Source: an uncultured Planctomycetota bacterium (GTDB lineage Bacteria; Planctomycetota; Planctomycetia; Isosphaerales; Isosphaeraceae). From it: a DNA stretch of 64,000 nucleotides. The translations under genes were made by a program, and so were the position numbers. The number at the start of each line of letters is the position of its first letter. Within the stretch, counting starts at the first letter, position 1. Below, one piece after another: positions 10,578 to 22,309 of this stretch. Location of the stretch: contig CAWJTV010000042.1 in NCBI GenBank assembly GCA_963845755.1, forward strand, positions 32,001 to 96,000, in the 5' to 3' direction. A model generated the notes under the pieces. The model was not told where the DNA came from. It was given only the letters and a program-made list of their open reading frames with translations, and searched no databases.

Positions 10578-13500
10578 TCACTTCCGTTCGACTGTCGACG
10601 CATAGAATCTCCAGCTTGGCGCGTAATCGGCCGATAGCGCCTGATCGGTCAATGAGGCGCGGATCATGTCGACCGGGATGGCGTTTTCCCGGAGGACCGC
10701 GTCGTGGAAGGCGCGTTCGGTCATCTTGCCCGATTCCACCAGCTCGCGATGGAGGGCCCTGAGCTGGAACCCGCCGAGCAAGTAGGCGGCCTGGTAGAGC
10801 GGTCCATAGCTGCCGGTGAAAGACCGGCGGACCTCCGCGGTGGCGTTGTCGCGTTCGTGGCCGACCCGGTCCACCAGGAAGTCGATGCACTCCTTCGGCG
10901 TCATCTTCTCCAGGTGGAAGCTCAGCGAGAAGATGATCCGGGCGCAGCGGTGCATGCGCCAGAATAGCATGCCGACCCGGTTCTCGGGCGATTTGGCGAA
11001 CCCGCGATCCCAGAGTAGCAGCTCCCAGTAGAGCGCCCACCCTTCGACGAAGAACGGCGTGCTGAATAGCCGGCGATAGTCCTTGTATCGCGCGCCATGT
11101 AACCCTGAAGGTGATGGCCCGGGATCAGCTCGTGATGGACCGTGGCGCGGGCGAAGTGGATATTGTTGCCGCGCATGCTCATCATCTTCGCTTCGTGGGG
11201 CATGGTGCTCGTGGGATAAGAGACGATGATCGTCTCTCCGCCCAGGAAGAAGGGGTTCACCTGCTGCGCCTCGGGCGACATCATCGTCATGCGCCAGGAC
11301 TCGCGGCAGAGGGGAGGGATCGTCACGAGGTCGTTGGCGTCGAGGTAGTTGATGGCCTCCACGGCGAGGTCGTGGATCAAGGTTGGCTGTCGGCCCGGCT
11401 CGACGTGAAGGGTCTTGACGCGCTCCAGGGCCGCGTGCCAGTCGTCGCCCAGGCCCATCTCGCGCGCGGCCTTCTTCATCTCGTCCTCGCACCAGCTCAG
11501 TTCCTTGCGCGCGAGGTCGATCAATTCCTCCGGCGTGTACGCGATCATCTCGGACTTCAGCTCGCTGAGCAGGGCGTCGCGGCCGATGGGCGTACCCACG
11601 ATCTCGCGGTTCCGATCAGGGACCGTGGCGGTGGTCTCGCCTTGCCCAGTCGACCCGGTGCGTCCGGCACCGCCCGGACCACCCCCGCCCCGCCCGTTCC
11701 GGGACCATCCCCGCCGAAACCACCTCCGCCCCCGCCGCGCCTGCGGCCCGCGCCCGGGCCGAACGCAGAACCCGAACCGTCCGCCGAGGCTCCGTAACGC
11801 TGGCGAAGCGCCCCGGCGTAGTCCTGGACCGCCTGGTCAACCGCCTTGTAAGGTTCCTGCATCCACCAGGAGAAGAGCGGGTCATACCCGTCGTAGAAGG
11901 CAAACCAGGTGCGGAGCGTGTTCCGCAATCCCTCGACCGCCGCCAGCCCGCGATTGGCGGACCGAACCTTCGCGAGGGCGCGATCTCTGCCAGGACCGGT
12001 TTGCTCGAGAGCACGCCGCGCCGTGGCGATCTCCTTGGCGAGCCGTGTGAGGTCTCCCGCGACCGTCGACCAGGCCATCGGCTTCAGCGCGCGTCGCGCC
12101 TCATCCAGGTCGAGAATCGGCCGCGCGAAGGGGACCATCGGCTCCCACTCGTTTCGCTCTCGGGTCCGGATCTCGATCTGCCGCAGCTCGTGGGCCAGGT
12201 GGTTCTTGAGCAGCAGGTAATCGACCTTGCCGTCCTGGCCGAGCCGATCGAAGTCGACCGAGCCGAGCTGGTCGAGCCACTGGGCCGTGAAGTCGTGGAT
12301 TCGTTCGTCGCGATGCGGGGAGCCCGGCGCGGCGCGGATCGCAGCAAGTTGCCGCGGTCTGCCTCGTAGCGCTCGATCGCCCCGCGGAGCTCGCTCCGAT
12401 CGCCATTGAGCTCGGCCAGGTCGAGTGATGCACTCGCATAGCGTACTCGGCTTTCCGTTTCCATTTCCGCTGGCCGCACGCGTCGTGTACTCATCGCGGC
12501 GAGGTCCGGGAAGAGGCGCCTTCGACTCGCCGCCCAGGAGGTGACGGACGAAGAAATCCCGCATCCGGCGCACGCCGTACTCGCCGCCCATGCCGTGGTT
12601 GGCGTTCGGGACGACCAGCAGCTCGAAATCCTTGTTGGCCTTGATCAGGGCGTCGACCAGCCGCATGGTGGACTCCGGCGGGACGTTCGTGTCCATCTCG
12701 CCGACGATCAGGAGCAGCTTGCCCCGGAGGTTCTTCGCGTTGTCGATGTTCGACGATTCGGAATACCAGGGTCCGACCGGGTATCCCATCCACTGCTCGT
12801 TCCACGAGGCTTTGTCCATCCGGTTGTCGTGGCAGCCGCAGGCAGAGACCGCAGCCTTGTAGAACTCGGGATGGAAGAGCATCGCAGCGGTCGAGTTCTG
12901 ACCGCCCGCCGAGGTCCCGTAAATGCCCACGCGGGTGAGGTCGTAATAGGCGTATTTCCTGGCGACGGCCTGGTGCCAGAGGATGCGGTCGGCGAAGCCG
13001 GCGTCCTTGATGTTGTGCCAGCAGACGTCGTGGAACGCCTTGGAACGATTGGCCGTGCCCATGCCGTCCATCTGCACGACGATGAAGCCCAGGTCGTTCA
13101 GCGCCGCGGACCGCCGCCCGGGGCTGAAGTCCTTCGGGACAAACGAGCCGTGCGGGCCGGCATAGATGTCCTCGATGACCGGGTATTTCCGATTTGGGTC
13201 GAAGCCCTTGGGACGGGAGATGATGCCCCAGATATCGGTCTTACCGTCGCGGCCCTTGGCCACGAAAACTTCGGGCGGAGCCCAGCCGTTGGCCTTCAGA
13301 GCGTTGATGTCCGCCTCTTCGAGGTTGCAGACCAGCTTGCCGTCCGAGGTGCGCCGCAGCTCATGGATCGGGGCCATGTCCACTCGGCTGTAGGTATCGA
13401 TAAGGTAGCGGCGGTCGGGCGAGAACTGCACGGTGCGGTGGTTGCCGTTTCCCTCCGTCAAGGCGACCAGGCCCGTCCCGTCGAAATTCACGCGGTAATG

Positions 13501-14916
13501 GTGGAGGAAATACGGATCCTGATCCGGGTTCTTTCCACCGGCGCGGAACCAGACCTGCCGCTTGGCCTCGTCGATTTGATCGACGCCTCGGACGACGTAT
13601 TCGCCCTGGGTGATCGGGTTCTTGACCGTCCCCGTCTTCGCGTCGATCAGGTAAAGGTGCCGCCAGCCGCTGCGCTCCGAGACATAAATCAGGTCGTCCG
13701 ACTGGTCAAGCCAGTTCACGGTCCTCAAACCCAGCCCTTCCCGATGAGCGGTCCAGATGAACGTTTCGGTCTTCTCATCGATGAGGTTGTGGGCCTCGCC
13801 GGTGTGCGAATCGACCCGGATCAGACGAAATCGCTGATGACCGCGGTCGTTCTTCTCATAGGTGAAATGTCGCCCATCCTTGTCCCAATGGAGGTCCGGC
13901 GAACCGAAGTCGATCCGATCAACTATGGGACGGGTCGATTTCTTCGTGGCGACGTCGATGAGGTTGAGCTCGTACGCGGTAAATCTATCGCCGGGCAGGG
14001 CGTAGGGGCGCGGCCTGAACCTGGCCCGGCCGCCGCCTGGCGGCGATGACTGAATCAGGTAGACCTCCTTGCGCTCGCCCGGCTCGATTCGAAAGGCCAC
14101 GAGAGTCTTCGAGTCGGGCGCCCAGGAGAGCCGTCCATAAGCCAGGCCCTCCTTGCCATCAGTCGTGAGCGGAACCTCCTCGGACTTCCCCTCGGCGCGG
14201 ACGACCACGTTCCGGTCCTTGACGAACGCGGTCCACTTCCCGTCCTGCGACCGAAGGCCCTGGCGGGAGCCCGGCGCATCGGGGCCCTGGCGCTCGCCCG
14301 CAGGTCGCCCGCGACGTGGTGTGGTCTCGTTATCGGCGGGACTCGACGTGTCCGGTTTGGCCTGGCCGGGTTCGGTCTTGGAGCATGTGTAGTCGTCGAG
14401 TGAGCACTTCCAGGTTGCCTTATCGCAATTGAAGCGGACTGCCGTCGAGCCATCGACGAATTCGATCTCGTCGAAGGGGAGCCGTTTGCCTTGATAGCCC
14501 GCGCCGCCCACCGCCTTGGACAGGGAGGCCGCGAGCTTCTGATGGTCGAAGGCCGGCGCACGCGTCCCGCGCTCGGCGTTGACGAGGATGAACTCCCTGT
14601 CGCCGCCGGGCAGGTCATTCCGGTACCAGAAGCGGCTATTGGCGTCGAACCAATGGGGCGTGATCCTCATCTTGAAGACGAGGCGGTCGGCGGGATTCGG
14701 GCGGGACCCGCGCTGTTGTGGCGGAGGAGCGTACCAGGGATCGCCCGGCGGAGGGTCAACTCCTTCATCATCGATCACGGATTCAACGTCCGCGCGTTCT
14801 CCCGGAGGATTCGAGGGCTCGTCACCCCAGGCACGGCCGGTCGGGCCGCTCCCGCAGAAGGCCAGTAGCGCAAAAACGACAAGCAGCAGGAGCGCACGGA
14901 GTTTCGACGTGGTCAT
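10578..14916 (-). CDS. Secreted S9B (DPP IV-like) peptidase fused to a DUF885 metallopeptidase-like domain; frameshifted near 11580, 11100 and locally 12340-12450
   Basis: Signal peptide, then a DPP IV beta-propeller, IYAGP, GTSAGG (catalytic Ser), GEMDTNVP (Asp) and NANHG (His). C-terminal HHELIPGHHLQ and FVEGWALYWE motifs indicate DUF885. Pieces are ORFs 11557..14916, 10922..11599 and 10578..11492. Confidence 0.85.
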
Positions 14917-15080
14917 GGATCAATCCCCGGAGGTTGAACATTCCGGTCGTCGGAGGATGGCTACGATCGGATTATCGTTGCCGGTCACGAGTCGAGTTTC
15001 AAGCAGGCGCAACGATTCCCGGTGGGAACCACTCGCCTGAGACGAAGCCAGGAGACCCGCGTCCGGCATCACTCTGACGA

Positions 15081-18000
15081 CTACTTCCCATCGCCTGTGG
15101 TCTCGACCGTGACCGCGGCGACGATCGGTGCCGTCCGGTCGGGGCCCTTGACCAGCTCGATGCGATCGATCGTGTCTTTCTTCTTGGGATAGACGGCGAG
15201 GTAACGGAGCTGCTGGCCGTGGAGGTCGAAGGCGAGCTTCGAGCCGGGGACGTCGACGACCCGAATGTAGTCGGCGAAGTGGACGCCGTTCTCCAGGGGA
15301 TGATTCTCGACGGAGCCGTCGGCGTAGTGGAGCCGGACGATCATCGAGACCGAGCCTTTGCGACCGCCAGGGAAGCCCCAACCGCTCACGCCGCTGAGCA
15401 GATGGATGGCCCGCGCCGGGGCGTGGCAGGGGAGCTCCACGACCCTGGGCATCCGGGGTGCCACGGGGCCCTGGGGTCCGTAGAGCAGGACCATGTTCGG
15501 CACCCGGTTGCCCTGGGGATCGACGAGCAGGAAGGGCACGCCTTCGACAATCTTGGGCGACCAATCGTCGAAGACGAGGCGCTCGATCGCGGCGTCGGAC
15601 TTGCTGAACATCCCCTGGGTACTGACCTTGGTGGCGACCTTGTGCAAGTCGAGGGGCAGGTACTTGCCGCGCTGGGTCAGGAACGCCAGGAGGTCATTCA
15701 ACTGGCCGGGTGTGACCTGCTTCTCAAAGCCCTCGGGCATGAGCGACTTCTTCGAGGCGGCCATCTCATCGATGTCCTGGCGGAGGATCGTCTGTCGCTT
15801 CCCTTCCGAGTCGAGCAGCTCGACGGTGGTCTTGGTCTCCGAGGCCAAAACGCCGTTGATCACGCGGCCCGCGGTGGTCGCGACCGTGTACTGAACATAG
15901 TTGCCTTCGACCGAGCGGCTCGGGTCGAGGATGTGGATCAAGAGCTCCTCGCGTGGCAGCGCGGCCGTGCCCGTGAGGTCCGGCCCGACTTGCGCTCCTT
16001 CGTTGCCATGGCGGTGGCACTTGGCACACTGTTGCTGGAAGACGACCTTGCCGCGCGCGACATCTCCCCCTTCGCTCACCTGCGAGGTGATCTGGTCGAT
16101 GACCTTCTGGCGGTCGGGATCGGGAAGTCCGCCGCCTTGTGCCAGCAGGCGCTTGGCACGCGCCGCGACGTCGCGAATCGGATGCGCGGCGAGGGCCTGC
16201 TTCTGGTCGAGCGCCAGCTCGGAGATCCCGGCCTTGTTCTGCTCGAACGCCTCCACTAGGGCGGGAGTCCAGTCGGAGCGGCCCAGCAGGGCCCTGAGCA
16301 CCTGGGCACGGACGCTCGGCGCCAGCCTCGGCAAGACGGCGACCAGATTCTTGCCGGCTTGCGGCGCCTGGCTGGCCGTGACGGCCTCGATCAGGCCGGC
16401 GGCCAGGTCGGGCGAGGTCCGGGGGTCGATCAGTCCCAGCAAATCTTTCACCGCTGCTTCCTCGGACGTCTTGAGCTCGATGAGCTGCCGTGCGGCGGCG
16501 ATCCGGCGTGCGTCGGCGAGGGACTCGTCGCGGGCCGTCGCCGCGAGTGACGCGGCAATCTCGGCGGCGATGCCGTCCAGGGCCTTGTTGCCCCACTCGC
16601 CCACCAGCCGGACCAACTGAGTCCGAGCCGGGGAGGGCAGCTCTTTCGCCAGTTCCCTCAGCACGACCTCGGAAGCCGGGTCGATCCGCGCCGGACGATC
16701 CTTGGGCCAGCCTCGGGCCATTCCTCGAAGTACCGCTTCATCCACGGCCGGCTCGCCGCCCTTCAGTGCCGCCAGGACCGGGCCGACCCCATCGATCGGA
16801 CCGCCGCGGGCCCAGTGCTCGGCCACACGCTCGGCAATCGCCAGCACCTCCGCGCCGGCGCGACCGGCACCTCCACGTTGCGCGATTGCCTTCAAGAAGG
16901 CCCGGTCGTTCCGGGCCGCGGCGGCCGTGGCCGCGTCGAAGATCCAGTGATCGTTGCGGGCCAGACCTTTTCGCAAGGAAGTCGCCAGCGCGGTGGCGAC
17001 TGCGTCCGACGGCGGTTGATCCGCCAGGGCCAGGAGCGCCGCCAGGCGGACCTGCCCGTCGGGGTCGGACAGCAGACCCTTGTCCAGCACGGCAGTTGCC
17101 GATAACACATCGTGCGGCAGGACTTGCACGGCATTGCGCCGCACTCCCGCCGAGGGATGTGCCAGCGCGGCCATCGCCGCTGATCTCGACGCCGGGTTCG
17201 AGCCGTCAAGGGCGCCCAGGCCATGCAAGGTCCAGAGCGCGTGGATGACTCCGGCGTTCAGGCCGATCGCATCAACCGAGCGATCCGCCACTCGTTCGAC
17301 CAACGCCGGGACAACGTCGGTCTTCGCACGCTCTACCAGGAGTCGCTGAGCGTGCATCCGCCAGAACTGAGTGTCATTCCCGAGCGCGGCGACCAGCCCT
17401 TTCGGGTCGTTGGGATCGAGTGCGGGATTCGGGGAGACCTGAGCGTCCTTGTAGACGATCCGGTAGATCCGCCCATGGGTCTTGTCGCGGAGCGGTGTCT
17501 CATACGCGGCACCGCGGCCGGTCCGGAAGCCCTTGGGCGTGGGGTTGTGCTGGACGATGTAGTTGTACCAGTCGATGACCCAGACGTGCCCGTCCGGGCC
17601 GACCTCGGCCGCGATGGGCGATGTCCATTCGTCGTCGCTGGCCACCAGGTTCCACCCGTAATAGGCGGCCACGTCGCTCCCCGTTCGGTGGAGCGTGAAG
17701 GCGGCGACGAGGTGGCCGGTCGGCTCGGCGACGAACGCCGTCTGATTCCAGTATCGTGAGGGATAGGCCCGCGCCGTATAGAGGGCGTGCCCGGCGCCGG
17801 CCGTGAACCCACCGTGCCAGTCCACCTGCCGCACGCGCTCCGTCAGCGGGAAAAAATCATGGTTCGGGGCGATGTTCTCCAGCTCTTGAGGTGCAAGGCC
17901 GCGAACGGCTTCGTAGTAGCGGTTGGGAAAGGGCAGGTAGACGGTCGGGCATCCGTTGGCCGTCGAGCCGAACGCGAGCCCATCCTCGCTGAAGCCGACG

Positions 18001-19441
18001 CCCCACGAGTTGTTGCCGGTGCCGCGGAGCACCTCGAGCTTCGAGCCATCGGGCCTGAAGCGGTAGAAGGCTTGCCCGAATCGGTGTCGCTCGCCGCTTA
18101 CCGTCCCACGGAAGCCGGAGTAGCCGACGATCCCCCAGACCCAGTTGTCGAGTCCCCATCGCAGGTTGCTCGGACCGGCGTGCGTGTCGCTGATGCCCCA
18201 GCCGGTAAACAGGACCTTGCGCACGTCGGCCTTGCCGTCACCGTCGGAATCCTTCAAGAACAGCGTGTCGGGCGCCTGGAGGACGATGACGCCACCGTTC
18301 GCACACAGCAGGCTGGTGGGGATGTTGAGACCCTCGGCGAAGATGGAGAACTTGTCCGCCTTGCCATCGCCGTCGGTGTCCTCGCAGATCGTGATCCGGT
18401 CGCGGCCGGGTGTGGCGGGGTGCTTGGTATTGGGATAGTCCACCGTCTCGGCGATCCAGAGCCGTCCGCGATGGTCCCAGGTCATGCAGATCGGCTTGTA
18501 GATCTGGGGCTCCGCCGCGAACAACCGGGGCTCGAAACCGCGCGGGACGACCAGGTGCCGCATCGATTCCTCGGGCGAGAGGGGGTGCTGCATCCGTCGG
18601 ATCGGATCGCCTTGCGTGCCCCATTGCCGGCCCGGTAGGTAGTTGGGGATGTCGACGGTCGACGTATCGTAGGTGAACGGTGGCAGGCCGGCCGACACCC
18701 GCCCGCGGCTGTCGAACACCGCCCCCTTGTTGACGGCCCAGCGGATGCCCCGCTCGAGCAGGTCGTGGAAGCCGGGATTCTGCCAGGTCCGTCCGTCATG
18801 GCCGTAGGCCGTGTAGAAGATCCGCCCCTTGCCTTGCGTACGGACCCACGTCCAGGGCTCCTCTTCTTGCCCCTCCGCTCGGACCTGAAGCACGTGCCGG
18901 TCCTTCTCGTTGTGCTTGGTGTGGACGTAGGTCTCGTCCCAGGTGCGGAACGGCTCGAAGCCCTTCATGATCGGGTGCGCCGGATCGACGACCTTCGTGT
19001 CAAAAGTTCCCGTGCCATGACGGAGGAATTCGCGCCGACGAGCGCGATGTAATTCGGTGAGTTGAGGAAGCAATAGCTGGCGCAGTGGAGCGGCACGAAT
19101 GCGCCGCCCCCCTCCACGTAGTCGAGCAGCGCCTTTTCCTGGGCCGCACCGATCCGGGTGGTGTTGGCATAGATGATCAAGGCGTCGTGGCGGGCCAGCG
19201 TCTCGGGATTGAGGTCGTTCAACTTCTCGGTGTAAGTGACGCGGATACGGCGACCGGCGAGCACCGGCGTGATCTGAGCGGCGCGATCGGCCGGACGGTG
19301 GTGACCTTGATCCCCCAGGAACAAGACGCTCAGCGGCCGGTCCGATTCGTCGCCCGCCTTTGACGGGGGGTCGTCGGCACTAAGGGCGGCCGTGGCGATC
19401 GTCAGGCTGAGGCTGAGAGAGAGGATGAACATTCGAGCCAT
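15081..19441 (-). CDS. PVC-type haem-binding CxxCH protein (ThuA-like domain + beta-propeller dehydrogenase-like domain + HEAT repeats + cytochrome c); frameshift near 19030
   Basis: Signal peptide; ThuA-like LFLGDQGHH..LHCASYCF..DETY; FAAEPQIYKPICMTWDHRGRLW; EDTDGDGKAD; CAKCH haem motif; GPDLTG; SLMPEGFE. ORFs 18965..19441 and 15081..19073. Confidence 0.9.
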
Positions 19442-19490
19442 GGGTGCGGGTCTCAGCTATAGAGGGTCTAACGCGGCTCCGTCACAACGA

Positions 19491-19548
19491 GATTCCCGAT
19501 TCCGGATTCCCGATTCCAGATTCCACAGATATCCCCATTTTGGAATCT
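19491..19548. repeat. Heptamer tandem repeat GATTCCN x5 with an inverted copy (TGGAATCT)
   Basis: gattccc gattccg gattccc gattcca gattcca at 19491-19525; tggaatct at 19541-19548. Confidence 0.75.
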
Positions 19549-19611
19549 GCCGGTCGGGATGCCAGGGATGCGCGTGGGGTGGAGGGTTCGCAGGACGGCG
19601 TCGGAGCGTCG

Positions 19612-21311
19612 TCACGGCGTCGGTTTCGTGGGATGGTCACGATCCTGTCGCTCCGTTCCAGCCATTTTGGGCGAACCAGACTGGGCCGTCCAGACCGTGA
19701 CGCTGAACTCGCGGATCGTGAGGGTCTTACGCTCGTCGCTCTGGGTGTTGGCCCCGAAGAGCCCGAGGTACAGGTCGTTCTCCGTGTCGAGGAAGCTGGG
19801 ATGCGCGATGGCGAGCGTGCTGGAGCTGTTCTGGGACAGGTTGTCTACGACCAGCGAATACTGCCCGCCTAGGCGCCGCAAGATGAGCCGGAGATCGTCG
19901 CCGGTGGTCATCAGGCCGACTTGGTAGAGGTCGGAGTCGCGCCCGCCGCAGTTGTTGACCAGGTACAGCCGGTAGTTATCCAGCTTGGGCCAACTGATCA
20001 ATCCTCCGCGGATGTTCCGATCGCTGTACGTTCCTGCGTAGAGGCCGAATTGACCGACGACCTGGAGTCCCGGGATGTTCGAGATCGTGACGCGGATCTC
20101 GAAGTCCTCGGTCCCCGTAAAGCCGAGGTCGGAGAGGCGGACTCCCAGGTATTCGCCGAACGCCATCTGGTCCTGAGTGTTGATGTCGCTGCGGGTGGTC
20201 GTCAGTTCCAGGGCGAGGCGGTCGGGGCAGAGGAGGAGATTGGGATCGGATTCGGGCAGATCATGGCCCGTACCGGGGAGCCGGTGGGTCAGGCCGATCC
20301 CTCGTCCCTGGGCGTCGCGGAGCGTGCCCGGGAGGGGGTTGACGAAGTCGAGGCTGACCGTCCGGGGGATGCGGACCGGCAACGGCTCGATCGCCCGGAC
20401 GTAACTGGACGCGCCTTCGCCCCGATCGGGAAGCGTCGGATCGACGGCGGAGCCATCAAGGCGGGCCGCCTGATTCTGGTGGATGGTCACGCCCGGATCC
20501 GTCCCGCGCGCAGACCCCGCGGCGAGCGGGAATGCCTGGACCTCGCCGGTGAAGACGCGGACCGTGGCCGCACCCGCCTCGTCAACCGCCAGGCCGAACT
20601 CGGTCCCCAGGTTGACCACTTTGTTGTGTGGAGTGAGGACGGTGAACCCACGAGCACGCACCGGCACCCGCGCCGTCAGGGTGCCTCTCAGGAGCGCGCC
20701 GAACCCCCGGAGAGGAGCTCAAGGCCGGCTGGTCCCTGGAGGATGACGCGTGCGCCGCAATCAAATTCGATCTCTGCCAGACCTCGCTCCAGTCGGAGCG
20801 ACTTGCCCGCTTGCATGTTCCGGCCCGGCTGCTGGTCGGGCCGCGCCAGGTGCAATTCTGGGCATTGACCAGCCAGGCGACGTTCGCGGTCGCTGCCCTT
20901 GCCGGGATCCCCGGGCCGTGATGAGGAACCATGAAGGCCATCCAGCAGCAAACCCCGACTGCGATCATGAGTGTCGCGGCGAACACCCAGTGACGGAGCC
21001 GAGGGCGCCAGTGCCGCTGGGAACCCCTGCCTTTTCTCCTCGCTCCATTGATCCCGCCTCCGGCGCGGGGCTTGTCCGGCCAGTCCGCGAGTTGCTCCAT
21101 GACCGCATCGGCGGCCCGACGCGCCCGGACGGCGAAATGGATCTCCGTGTGGTGCTGGAAATAATCGGCGAAGATGCGTCGAGCCTCGACACTGTCGAGC
21201 AGATAGATTTCGAGTCGAACGCATCTCCGAGCTGTCGATGAGATCGGAGCAGTACGCATCGAGCAGGTCGTAGAACTCGGCGGGCAGCTCGTGGGGGCCG
21301 GGGCCGTTCAT
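19612..21311 (-). CDS. FecR-family transmembrane anti-sigma factor (frameshifted into 3-4 frames)
   Basis: The N-terminal anti-sigma-like helix region is followed by one TM segment. FecR motifs [24 protein letters not shown] and [27 protein letters not shown] overlaps the sigma stop (ATGA). Confidence 0.85.
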
Positions 21312-21871
21312 ACCACCCCCTCGTGCGCCATCGTACGGCGCACGCATTCGAACAGCGAGCGGCGGATTCGTCTGAGCGAATTGTGGACGCTCTGCGCCGA
21401 TCGGCCGCTCGCGAGGGCTACGTCTCGAATCCCGGCCGAGCGGGCGTAGCAGGCTTCCAGCAGGTCCTTGTCCCGCTCCCTCAACTTCTTCATGCAATCA
21501 GCCAGCGCATCGCGCCGTTCCTCGAGGTGTTCCTGCTCCAGCGTCTCCTGCGCCTCGATCAGCGCCAGGTTGAGCTCGTCGCTGAAGTAGAGGCGATTGC
21601 GGCTTCGCGCCCTGAGGAAATTCAGGACCTCATACCGTGCCACCCCACACGCCCAGCAAACGAAACTCCGCGACGCATCAAACTGATCGAACTTGTCCCA
21701 GAGCACCAGGCTCGTCTGCTGGAACAAGTCATCTGCGTCATCGAGGTCGCGCACCAGCGAGTGGATGTAACCGAAGAGCTGGCCCTGATGCCTGCCGAGT
21801 TGTGCCGCGAACTCGGCCTTCCGGTCGCCCGGCCGTGTCGAAATCCGGCTCACCACATCCACGGGTAACAT
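21308..21871 (-). CDS. ECF sigma-70 factor (Rhodopirellula/Verrucomicrobium type)
   Basis: Region 2: LFGYIHSLVRDLDDADDLFQQTSLVLWDKF..F..WACGVARYEVLNF. Region 4: CMKKLRERDKDLL..Y..VHNSLRRIRRSLFECV. The start codon is uncertain. Confidence 0.92.
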   Translation of the reverse strand: MLPVDVVSRISTRPGDRKAEFAAQLGRHQGQLFGYIHSLVRDLDDADDLFQQTSLVLWDKFDQFDASRSFVCWACGVARYEVLNFLRARSRNRLYFSDELNLALIEAQETLEQEHLEERRDALADCMKKLRERDKDLLEACYARSAGIRDVALASGRSAQSVHNSLRRIRRSLFECVRRTMAHEGVV

Positions 21872-21973
21872 CCCGGGGATTGCCGACCGCTCATACACCG
21901 GAGGATCCTCCCAGGAATTCGCGTCACTCGACGCTCCAGCCTCACCTAATATATTCCGCCGGACTGCTGCTTT

Positions 21974-22000
21974 TGTAACCCGCGAGGACGGGAAAGTCAT
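21974..22000 (+). promoter_or_regulatory. Candidate ECF-type promoter TGTAAC-N16-GTCAT facing the DUF1559 gene
   Basis: TGTAAC at 21974-21979, a 16-bp spacer, then GTCAT at 21996-22000. This matches the generic ECF AAC/GTC architecture. Confidence 0.4.
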
Positions 22001-22309
22001 CTCATGAGCCCGACTCCAGACCGGCGGATCGCGACCGAACTCCTATTCCCAGCGAAGCCTTCGGCGAATCCGGCAGCCAGGCCTCCGGCAGACTGACCTC
22101 ACAAAGTGATTCCATCGGAAATTTTCCCCGTTACAACTCCAGGCCCTCGGCGGATTCTACTCAGAGGGGGAGTTCTGGTCCTCTCCACAAGGATCAAACC
22201 CTTCGTTCGCTCTGGCTGGCATACTCTTAAATTCTTCGTACCAACTCGCGGTAACGGCACGTGACCAAGGTCGGTCGCGTCCGTAGTGGTTCTGCCCGGA
22301 GGAAACATC

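Noticed and set aside
12541..14049. Long antisense ORFs (also 23426..25183, 38122..39810, 36158..37393, 42452..43702 and others)
   Set aside because: Shadow frames of well-supported genes on the opposite strand, as expected in GC-rich DNA; no motifs.
19450..19480. c-di-GMP-I riboswitch-like string gctatagagggtctaa
   Set aside because: It is on the opposite strand to the downstream gene and lacks the upstream GGCAAA/GNRA stem.
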